From IMG/VR virus record IMGVR_UViG_3300045988_107889, positions 1-64,000 of that record: 64,000 nucleotides of DNA, one strand, 5' to 3'. The notes under the pieces were generated by a model that worked only from the letters and a program-made list of their open reading frames with translations, ran no database searches and was not told where the DNA came from. The DNA is from a virus. Numbering within the stretch: position 1 is the stretch's first letter; each line of letters opens with the position of its first letter. The position numbers and the translations under genes are program-made. Below, piece after piece: positions 39,053 to 47,110 of this stretch.

Positions 39053-39332
39053 CTTCTACTCTCGTAGAAAGACTATATCATCTACCGCATAGCGGCAGCG
39101 GTGCGCTTGGAAGCCCGTATCAATAGGACTCCTACTGGGCTACACTCATCACCCATAGTCGTTGCACATTCCTTAAAGGCTTGCACAGGATTACCTTCCC
39201 GGCTTCCCCTGTTAGCTGAACAACTAGCAGTCATTTCCTACTGCTCCTGACGTTTGCTCAACACCCGCTGATAAACGGTTCACACCGAGCTTACACCTAC
39301 GTTACCGCAGGGAAGGACTTTGTTTAGGAGTA
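39053..39332 (-). mobile_element. group I intron (280 nt, ORF-less)
   Basis: 5' splice site follows U (GCAGAU|UACUCC). Intron nt 11-17 CAAAGUC pair with the 3' exon UUUG (P10) and the 5' exon GAU (P1, U-G). Ends ..GUAGAAG|UUUGAC. Contains GAUGAUAUAGUCU and GCAAGCCUUUAAGGAAUGUGCAACGACUAU blocks shared with the other intron. Confidence 0.75.
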
Positions 39333-40739
39333 ATCTGCTCCATTCAATCTTTGTGGGATTATTGATTTAGAATTGATGATGCACGTATTAACCAAATGAC
39401 TGAGGTACTTGCTTGTTAATTCATTATTGATAGCGTACAACACGACATTCTCACTATCACAAATGTGAGGGTTACGTGTAATCAACTTGCCGCCGTGCAT
39501 TGGCCCTTCTTTTGTTATACAGTAAAATTCATTGTCGCCGAGACAACCGTTAGGATCTAAACCAGCCGCCGCTTCCATGAATGCAATTAAGTCTGGTATC
39601 AGAAACTTGAAGCAGCTCTTGATCCATATCTTGCCGCAGCACATCTCGTCTATGTATTTAGTCAGCAGACTGATTAAGTAACTCCGCACTTCATATTGTT
39701 TAAGCATAGCGGGATTCTTTATTACGGACTTTGCATAGTCGTTTAAGGGACTGCACTTATCTGCCGTCAGCCCTAAGAAGCACATAGAGTAGAAGGGATC
39801 GCCGTCAATAATCTTTTGTGCCCACTCAATAGAGTCCGTAGCAAGCTCAACAAATTCTTGGTAGGGGAGGTTGAGCGTCTGAAGAACCTGGTAGTTGCAT
39901 CTCGTATAAACTGGCTCGATATCTTTATTGAAGTTCCATTTAGCAACGCCTAAGCAATAACCATACTTTTCGAATTGCTCCCAATAATATTCCCAGTCTG
40001 TTGCATCTTTGTTCGTCTGAAAATATTTGAAGCCCTTATACATACTCTTGCTCAAGATAATCATCGGCTCGGCGTCCGGGGTAACGTCATGCGACACGCC
40101 CCATATATCCTTGATAGATGTTACACCCCGCTCGGCGTAGAAGGTGGGGTAATCAACCTCGCAGGTAAGACCTTTGATATACGGCGCTCGCCAAAGTATC
40201 GTCGTCGGGCTATCAGCAGACGACAGCCGGAACTGAACCTCGTCCGTAATAGCCGGGTGGTGTATGCCACAACCGTCAAATGGAGTTACGTTGATATCTC
40301 TATATCCGTCCGCCACGCTCTTTTGCGTCCAGAGGATCTCTTTGCCATCAGCGTTGGTGAAAGATGTCTTTTCATCGTATATGTATTTGATATGCTGTTG
40401 CGGCAACACGCACTCGTAGTCCGGCACAACAATCACTTTAGGGCGGAAGCCATTCAAGCAATGGCAAGAAGAAAGGCATAGACCCCTATAAGCCATCAGC
40501 TTACTTATGACGGTCGGGCCGGGGCCAGCCCCCATAGTGATTGCCTCGTACACCGGATCTGATATAGCCGCGTCGATAAAGCTCAAGATAGAGTTGCGGG
40601 TCATGCTCGCCGATCGTTCGCACAGTACAAAGTGAGTGCCGTTTAACCAGAACCCATTCATAATTAGCTCCGTCATGACGTCTGTATCAGAGGAGCTACC
40701 CTTACAATCGACAAAACAAATACGCCGCGCACAGGTCAC
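39333..40739 (-). CDS. YonO/QDE-1-like RNA polymerase, exon 1 of 3 (5' end uncertain; frame open to 40892)
   Basis: Ends ...RLNGAD at 39333; the annotated ..YS* tail is intron read-through. The GTG at 40739 is the first canonical start. The frame continues 51 codons upstream to a CTG that lies 7 nt after GAGAGGTG. Confidence 0.7.
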
Positions 40740-40922
40740 ATCTTCGCCTGTGATACGCCGTATCTGATAGAATAGTAAATTGTCTGCCTGCTTTATTTCG
40801 TAGGGACGCAGATCTACCCGTAAAGAAAAATTGTTCTCTTTTAATAGCTTGAAAGCTATCTTGTATGTCGTGTATAGCTTAGGTGCGAACAGTTAAAAGC
40901 ACCTCTCTTATCATGAAAGTGA

Positions 40923-41108
40923 TCATCTCCTTATTAAATGAAGTTCATTGTCGTAAACACTCTCGACACCAAATCGCTCTTTCAGGTTGCACAGCTTTCT
41001 TTTATACACCGTGTCAAAGTCTTCGTCGGCGTCTTTTCTAAAGTCATATAGGATGGCTAGTAAATCCCTAACCGCCCTCTTAGCTACGTCCGGGTCCCGC
41101 ATCCGCAC
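40923..41108 (-). CDS. hypothetical small protein
   Basis: 61-aa ORF (GTG start) upstream of the RNAP gene. Confidence 0.4.
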   Translation of the reverse strand: MRMRDPDVAKRAVRDLLAILYDFRKDADEDFDTVYKRKLCNLKERFGVESVYDNELHLIRR

Positions 41109-41253
41109 CAGCGGAGTTTGTAATCATAAAAGAATTCTTCGCAATCTTCTACATCGCGACACCTTTTGGAGTATGTCTTCAGGACGTAAGAAGCTACATC
41201 CTGAAAAAAACCACCTCGTCTTCCCTTAAAACATATTTTAGATTCATGAATCA

Positions 41254-41631
41254 CTACTCACTTTCTTTGTGCCATTTGAATGTTACTGCCCCGCCAGTAT
41301 AAAATTTACTGTGGAAGATTAAGTTCGCCACACCATAGTAATTGATAATGGTTAACACTTGTTCCTCACGGCGTGGTTGCAAACTACGAATCACAACTCC
41401 AGTCTGTCTGTTTTCCGGATTGACATATTTAGTAATTGCGTCTTTCGCATCCTCATACCTTAATATCGCGGCCACGTCCTCGCCAATTATCCGGTGGTCG
41501 CCTGCGTCACAACTTGCGACACAACTATAATCGTTATTTGCGATGACTCGCGCATTACCAGTAAGAACTTCGTGAGCAGAAAAGAAAATACTTAACTTAT
41601 TCTCCCATATCTCATCTTTCCATATCGTCAA
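41254..41631 (-). CDS. hypothetical protein, weakly Bro-N/antirepressor-like
   Basis: EDVAAILRYEDAKDAITKYV...TIINYYGVANLIFHSK...FKWH loosely resembles the BRO-N pattern. Tentative. Confidence 0.35.
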   Translation of the reverse strand: MTIWKDEIWENKLSIFFSAHEVLTGNARVIANNDYSCVASCDAGDHRIIGEDVAAILRYEDAKDAITKYVNPENRQTGVVIRSLQPRREEQVLTIINYYGVANLIFHSKFYTGGAVTFKWHKESE

Positions 41632-41893
41632 TATCTAACCTCCCGATAAACTATTAACTCTTGTCTTCTTTCAAAAAAAGAGTCGCGCCACTACCTTCAG
41701 GTCTGCAACGTCCAAGTCTTCAAACCCCGTAGACTGACAAATGCCATACCCTTCGCGGTCGTCTCTCACTGGACAGTCATCACAATCTCCATGTGCCCCG
41801 CACCAACAATTGACCAACCACTCCAGGCAATCCCGCTCAAGCCTTCTTTCTAACTCAGTCCATTTTAGTATACCTCCTTTTTTATCCTATCGC

Positions 41894-42214
41894 TTACTTC
41901 TTCTTATTCCGTAGCTCCGCCATTTGCGGGGACTCGATCTTAAACCACTCGCCAGGGAAGGTGGCCTCGATCACCGTGTCATCCTCTCGCATGACGTGGA
42001 CACGGGGAGAGGTGGTGGCCAACTCACCAATCATCCGCTGACTCCAATACTCCGTAGCGATGATTCTGTAGCGGTTAGCGCCGGGTTCACAGATCACTAC
42101 GGTCGGGGTGACGCCCGGTTCGATCTTCATGTCGGACGGCCATTCGTCCGGGTAGTGTACGTGCGGTACATACTGTTTTTCGTTGCGCTTCTTCATCTTG
42201 TCAAATAAACCCAT
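41894..42214 (-). CDS. hypothetical protein
   Basis: Start moved to MGLFDKM (ATG 42214), 8 nt after GGAGG. Confidence 0.5.
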   Translation of the reverse strand: MGLFDKMKKRNEKQYVPHVHYPDEWPSDMKIEPGVTPTVVICEPGANRYRIIATEYWSQRMIGELATTSPRVHVMREDDTVIEATFPGEWFKIESPQMAELRNKKK

Positions 42215-42230
42215 TTTACATTCCTCCATT

Positions 42231-42494
42231 TCAAATCTCTGTCATGACATTTATTATCAGAGCCTCAGCTGCTTCGACCCACCGCCCGTCCAGCTCGACT
42301 AACCCAAGGTCTTCCGGATCGACGGTTGGGTCAAAAAATTCGCACTGGCTGTCCAGCTCATAATACAAGTATACACTATTTTTTTCTGGGGTAGTGTCGG
42401 TTCTCTTATTTTCCTGAAACGAGTTACAGTTGTCGTACCACACGCAGCACTTGCATAGATTGACGCAGGTGTTGTGTGCGCTGATGTCTATCAC
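42231..42494 (-). CDS. small Cys-rich protein
   Basis: 87 aa, CVNLCKCCVWYDNC cluster. Confidence 0.5.
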   Translation of the reverse strand: MIDISAHNTCVNLCKCCVWYDNCNSFQENKRTDTTPEKNSVYLYYELDSQCEFFDPTVDPEDLGLVELDGRWVEAAEALIINVMTEI

Positions 42495-42587
42495 CTCCTA
42501 TCAAGTGGTCAGTTTAGTGTAAGAACTCCTATGTAGTTGCATGAAAACGAGGGAAATAATCTGTAGGGTATATAGACATATACCCGT

Positions 42588-43622
42588 TCAGTTTATTCTA
42601 TTTACGTAGTCTAGTGTCGGGCCTTTTATATGATGATAGGGATACCGTCGGAACGGAGAGCCGAACGGGTCCGGGTAACCCCAGTACAGCTCCAGGCAGA
42701 TCCGTTTGTACTCTGGCGGGCCGTCGGCGTAGATGACGTTGGGGTTTACCATCATTAGGTAGTCGCTCCCATCTTTGTCAATTCGGCAGAGCTGTTGCTC
42801 TACGCCATCGTGCTTAAAAGTGATCCCTAAAAATTTTTCCTTGAGTTTGTCTATATAGTAGGAAGCCCGGCGCGGCTCGTAACCTAACACCCTGCAGATA
42901 TCTTGGGCGGCTAAGGGGACAATCTCATCGCTACGTGTTTCATCTGGGTTGTAACAGAGGTAGTTGTGTTCACAATTAAGGTTTGGTGTTAGTCTCAGCA
43001 CAGCTCCTATGTATTTTAAATTGCCGGTTCCTTTTTTATAAAGCTGGAGGAAGGTGTCTTTTTTAACTTTTCGAACCTTAACATATTGCCACGACCCGCT
43101 TGTTGGCTTAGTTCCACGTAGAAAGAAATTATCGTTTATATACCAATGACCAAACCAGTCTGGTCGAAGTATATTTAAGGGAACACATTTTAAAAATAAA
43201 TTATCTAAACTACTCTTATCAAGCATAGCAATCTCTCCGATCTCGGTTCTAGTAGCCATCTGAGGAGAGTGCGTGCTACTAGAAAGAATCACATGCCAAT
43301 GATTATCTTCGGTCTCGGTCGTGTCAAAAGCGTCTAGATCAAAGCTGTCGTCGCTGTCGCTGCCGTCTATGTCGCTATCGCCATCAGGACTACTATCGCC
43401 GCTGTCACCCTTACTGAAATCTATTTCTATCACCGGGATAGTGTGGAGTGACAAAGCCACAAGCCTGGGCAGGGTATCCAGCCTAACGCCAGCGCAGAAG
43501 CCCTGGAGGTCATAAGCGGCGCTAGGAGGAAACACCAAGTTGCTGGACAGTACGTCCTCGCCATACTGAATATCAGACGTATCACAGCCGGACAGCATTG
43601 CTACTATTTTAGTTACTGACAT
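42588..43622 (-). CDS. DNA-binding (wHTH-like) early protein with an acidic Ser/Asp tract; paralogue of the upstream gene
   Basis: C-terminal part GAVLRLTPNLNCEHNYLCYNPDE..IVPLAAQDICRVLGYEPRRASYYIDKLKEKF aligns with 43613-44323. Contains the tract GDSGDSSPDGDSDIDGSDSDDSFDLD. Confidence 0.6.
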   Translation of the reverse strand: MSVTKIVAMLSGCDTSDIQYGEDVLSSNLVFPPSAAYDLQGFCAGVRLDTLPRLVALSLHTIPVIEIDFSKGDSGDSSPDGDSDIDGSDSDDSFDLDAFDTTETEDNHWHVILSSSTHSPQMATRTEIGEIAMLDKSSLDNLFLKCVPLNILRPDWFGHWYINDNFFLRGTKPTSGSWQYVKVRKVKKDTFLQLYKKGTGNLKYIGAVLRLTPNLNCEHNYLCYNPDETRSDEIVPLAAQDICRVLGYEPRRASYYIDKLKEKFLGITFKHDGVEQQLCRIDKDGSDYLMMVNPNVIYADGPPEYKRICLELYWGYPDPFGSPFRRYPYHHIKGPTLDYVNRIN

Positions 43623-44323
43623 AGGGGCATCAACTCTTTGAAGTAGACAAGTCCCGCGTTTATAAAAATGGCATACCGCCCTTCATGATAGTTGTCTACC
43701 GTACACAGAGGGTGTGTCGATTGTCCGTCCCGAACCGCCATGCTAGACATATTTTTTTCAAATCGCTTCCTGTACTTATCAACATTATTGGTGCTTCTGC
43801 CCAGCACTCGGCAGACATCCGTAAATGTGAGCGGCGCAATCAAGTCTAGATTTTCTTCGTACGGATTCCAGCACAACACATGCTCGCTCTTATGTATAAA
43901 TGGGATCAGTCGAAGTACGGTGCCAATCTCTTTTGCGCTCTTCACGTTGTCCGTATACAGTCTTTGATATTTAGGCACGGACAGTCGTGCGGTTGGGGCG
44001 GCGTACCTTTTCTGCCGTGGCAGCCTACCCTTAGCGAACAACCAGTTACTCAAGATCAAGCATCCCTGGGCGCTTTCGTCCACCAGACGCGCCCGTTCCA
44101 TATCGTCTAAAAATTTGTAAAAGGCGTCTTTCCCAATCTGTAAGATATCTTGGGCCTCACTCTTTGACATTGGGTGCTGCGCTCTCGTGCGGCCAGCCAT
44201 CACCACACTCCCATCTTGCATCGGGTTCTCTGAATACTGCATGTGCGTCGCCAGCATAGCGACCCTAGCTAAGTTTGCCAAAGTGATGTCCGGGCAGAAA
44301 CATTCCCCGATTTGTTTGGGCAA
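43613..44323 (-). CDS. DNA-binding (wHTH-like) early protein; probably extends upstream to ~44515
   Basis: GTVLRLIPFIHKSEHVLCWNPYE..IAPLTFTDVCRVLGRSTNNVDKYRKRFEKN. The frame stays open 64 codons upstream of the TTG to an ATA that lies 9 nt after AGGAGG (44530-44525). Confidence 0.6.
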   Translation of the reverse strand: MPKQIGECFCPDITLANLARVAMLATHMQYSENPMQDGSVVMAGRTRAQHPMSKSEAQDILQIGKDAFYKFLDDMERARLVDESAQGCLILSNWLFAKGRLPRQKRYAAPTARLSVPKYQRLYTDNVKSAKEIGTVLRLIPFIHKSEHVLCWNPYEENLDLIAPLTFTDVCRVLGRSTNNVDKYRKRFEKNMSSMAVRDGQSTHPLCTVDNYHEGRYAIFINAGLVYFKELMPLCQ

Positions 44324-44569
44324 CCTTAGGAATATGAACTGTTCGTCAGATCGGACACGAGCGTTCGCTCTAAAGACATCAATGCCTCGCTCCTTCTGCC
44401 TCTGAACTATTTTGATTTCTTCATCTTGGTGTAGAGGGCGGAAGCCATGCCCGCGTCTAAAAATACCGAAGGTGTTGTCTGGACCTCGCTCAATTGATTC
44501 GTAGCGTTTATCTATAGTGTGCTACCTCCTTATAAAAATTTTGTTGTCGCGGCCTTGCCGCCTGATTAT

Positions 44570-44598
44570 AATATACAAGTTTTTCTTTCAAACGTCAA
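44570..44598 (-). promoter_or_regulatory. consensus sigma-A-type early promoter (leftward)
   Basis: Minus strand reads TTGACG (44598-44593), 17 nt (tttgaaagaaaaacttg), then TATATT (44575-44570). Confidence 0.75.
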
Positions 44599-44665
44599 GG
44601 GGATAGAGTGGAACTCGTGCGAAATCCAACTCGAAATATTCTGATAAAAAATATACTGGGCGACT

Positions 44666-44911
44666 ATGAACAATTGTGAATAAATTATGAACATACATGA
44701 ACGAATTGTTAACAAATAGATTTTCGGACACACTCTGCTATCTTGTCCGCGATACGCTACGCCCCTTCCATATCCTTGAAATTCTGCGCTTCTTTAGATG
44801 CCTGTGGCCTGAAGCTCAATATTTAATTGTGAACAAACTATTAACAAAATACGTTCACTTTAACAGGTAGGCGTACTTTGGCAGAAAAATAGGCGTACTT
44901 AGACAGAAAGA
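44666..44911. promoter_or_regulatory. operator/iteron-like repeat cluster in the divergent control region
   Basis: ATGAAC x3 (44666, 44687, 44697). AATTGTKAAYAAA x3 (44672, 44704, 44825). 22-bp tandem repeat taggcgtactt.g.cagaaa.a x2 (44868-44889, 44890-44911; 19/22 identical). Confidence 0.55.
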
Positions 44912-45030
44912 GCGGATTGTGATTTTGTGTTGATATACCAACATTTTTTAGCTGTTGAGACACTTGTATTATATCTTATATCTATATATACATATATATA
45001 GTAATTCTCTCCGTCACACCTCTATCTCTT

Positions 45031-45809
45031 GTAAGGTAGTCCGTGGCGTGTCAGTAGATCAGCCGTCCTATCTCTTCGCCCCGGCCTGGAGAAGTAGGTA
45101 AGTCCGTAGAAGGGAAAAGGAAAGGTACGCCTGCGGCGTAGTCCGTAGAGAGAAAAGTGAGATGAGCTGTCTTGCTTGTGTGGGTAGTAGTTCTGTAACG
45201 CTGGTGGTGGGTAGGGCTGCGCCGGGATGAACGCGAGATGGTAGGGGGCGAAAGAATGTAGGTTAGCAGGTAGAAGGAAAAGTGATCCGTAGAGGGAAGA
45301 GTGGGTAAGGGCGTGGTGCATGGTGGATGTGGGGAGCGCTATGTTGTTCGCCAGAGGTGAGCTAGGTTTCGGAAGGTAGCAGACCGTCATATCTCCATCC
45401 TGTGTATGGCCGCTGCAGCGGCGGCTTGTTAGGTCGCTGCGCTCCCGAAGATTTTTTATTTTTAGCCCGTACAAGAAAAATGGAGTAGAAGAACTTTTCC
45501 TGTTGGTGGGGACGGCGTAACGGAATGATGGTCAGGCTTCCAGGCCATGACCTTCTCGCAGGAGAGGTTGGAGCTTTCTACAAAAGAAAGCGTGAGAGCG
45601 GCAGGAGTGGGAGATCAGCGAAGAGGGTTGGCAAGACGGAGCCGACGTGGATGGTTGAGGGGAAGAGCTGTTCTGCGATAGGAGGCGGGACTTGCAACGC
45701 TTCGCGTGAGGATTCATTTTTTTAGCCCGTAGAAAGAAATGGGATGAGAAGAGTGCTGGTTACGGAAGTAACTAGGGGTGGGAAGCCGCATAGCCACGGA
45801 CTACCTTAC
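45031..45809. repeat. 17-bp perfect inverted repeat pair A (45031-45047 / 45793-45809)
   Basis: gtaaggtagtccgtggc versus gccacggactaccttac, exact reverse complements. Flanks are unrelated. Confidence 0.9.
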
Positions 45810-45920
45810 GGTATTTCAATTTTTTAAAAGAAACAGCGCAGGATAGTTATTGGGTGAGAGGTAGAGCGTTTAGGGCCAAGTAGTGCTGGTGGATGGAACA
45901 CCACCTTTTCTCTCTACGGA
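45142..45920. repeat. 16-bp perfect inverted repeat pair B (45142-45157 / 45905-45920)
   Basis: tccgtagagagaaaag versus cttttctctctacgga. Both partners are offset by 111 to 112 nt from pair A, so the two pairs are interleaved rather than nested. Confidence 0.9.
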
Positions 45921-46140
45921 AAAAGAGCGGGAGCGATTCCGGGAGCGGAGCGACCTACAAGATGCCGCTGCAGCGGCCTTCCGTAAGAGGGAAACTAGAC
46001 GGTTGAACTTACCTATCATGTTTTCTTCCACACTACGCAGAGAAAATAGAACGGAACGGTCAGGGGTATATACCTACATACCCAACATATTATCTCTCTA
46101 ATTTTTCGTGGGACTACAGGAAGAAAATAGACCTCAGAAG

Positions 46141-47031
46141 TCAAATGGCGGCGGGGGTTGAATCAGCAGGTGCTTCGTACAGAGCAGCGAGCTGGTAGTC
46201 GTATCCGTTGCCACCCAGGTTCAGGTTGGTGTAGGCTTCGGTCATCTCTTCCTTGGTGAGGCCGATGTAGCAGAGGGTCTCGTTCATGGAGGAGTGGCCG
46301 AACATCTTCTGGAGGAGTACCAGCTTGCGAGGGTCGTTGCCGGACATCATCATCTGATGATAGCCGAACGTCTTGCGGAGGGAGTGAGAGGAGAACCGGA
46401 AGTCGAAGTTGCAGTGGTCGGCGATATCTTCTAGGATACGATTGACAGATCTTCTGTTGAGAGGACCAGGCTCGTAAGCACCACGGTTGTTGCTCTCAGA
46501 CCGGAACACTAGGTCAGACAGACTGACAGAGTAGGGTGCGTGCTCCAGGTAGAGTTCCACAGCGTCCATGACCGCGTCGTTGATGACAACGTAGCGGTTC
46601 TTTTTTCTTTTACGGGTGGAGGCAGTTTTCTTTTCCAGGATCTCAAAGGATTCTTTAAAGGAGAAGTCCTCGTTTAGGATGTGGGTGAACCGGAGACGCT
46701 GCAGGTCACTAATTCGGAGGCCGAAGTTGATGCCCATGACAAGTAGCATATGATCTCTGTAGCGGTGGTTGTCCAGAAGGTAGGAGCACGCTCTACGGAT
46801 GTCTTCAACACTCTTGATAGGGTCAGCCGCTCGGTCAGGTGCGGTGATGGCCTCTACCGGCTGGTCGCTCTGAGCGGTGATCCGGCTGGCAGCAGATTGC
46901 TTGAGTACCCGTGAACGGCTACTGTCGGCAGTCCGTGAGCGGCGGACAGAGTTGACGTCGATGGACGCGGGGTTGACAGTTTTGCTGGCGGGGTTGACAG
47001 CACTGTTGGGGAAAGAAATTAGGTTGCTCAT
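46141..47031 (-). CDS. short tyrosine recombinase (catalytic domain plus disordered N-terminus)
   Basis: GLRISDLQRLRF (box I Arg), HSLRKTFGY (HxxR), GHSSMNETLCYIG (His...Tyr). ATG at 47031 lies 8 nt after AGGAGG. Visibly GC-richer than the phage backbone. Confidence 0.85.
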   Translation of the reverse strand: MSNLISFPNSAVNPASKTVNPASIDVNSVRRSRTADSSRSRVLKQSAASRITAQSDQPVEAITAPDRAADPIKSVEDIRRACSYLLDNHRYRDHMLLVMGINFGLRISDLQRLRFTHILNEDFSFKESFEILEKKTASTRKRKKNRYVVINDAVMDAVELYLEHAPYSVSLSDLVFRSESNNRGAYEPGPLNRRSVNRILEDIADHCNFDFRFSSHSLRKTFGYHQMMMSGNDPRKLVLLQKMFGHSSMNETLCYIGLTKEEMTEAYTNLNLGGNGYDYQLAALYEAPADSTPAAI

Positions 47032-47081
47032 TGGCAAAACCTCCTTTTAAATTTGAAATGTTTTCTATTGATTATGTTACT

Positions 47082-47110
47082 ATTATAGCGAAAATGTTTT
47101 CAAATGTCAA
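47082..47110 (-). promoter_or_regulatory. consensus sigma-A-type promoter of the recombinase gene
   Basis: Minus strand reads TTGACA (47110-47105), 17 nt (tttgaaaacattttcgc), then TATAAT (47087-47082). Confidence 0.75.

Larger units (their letters stand above)
45022..46100 (+). other. 1.1-kb purine-rich (plus strand) non-coding tract with repeated TCCGTAGA-type motifs
   Basis: No credible ORF. TCCGTAGA at 45103, 45142 and 45286, and inverted at 45913. CCCGTA(C/G)A at 45466 and 45726 within a ~40-nt direct repeat. Palindrome GCCGCTGCAGCGGC at 45409 and 45964. Confidence 0.6.

Noticed and set aside
45022-45725. ORF-track ORFs 45022-45474 (-), 45525-45725 (+) and 45532-45717 (-) in the purine-rich tract.
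   Set aside because: Low-complexity Pro/Ser/Leu or Gly/Arg translations with no RBS. They overlap one another and the repeat motifs, so they look like composition artefacts rather than genes.
45022-46100. CRISPR array or CsrB-like GGA sponge interpretation of the repeat tract.
   Set aside because: The repeats are only 8-17 bp, irregularly spaced and in both orientations, so this is not a CRISPR array. The number of GGA motifs is about what the G/A-rich composition predicts by chance.
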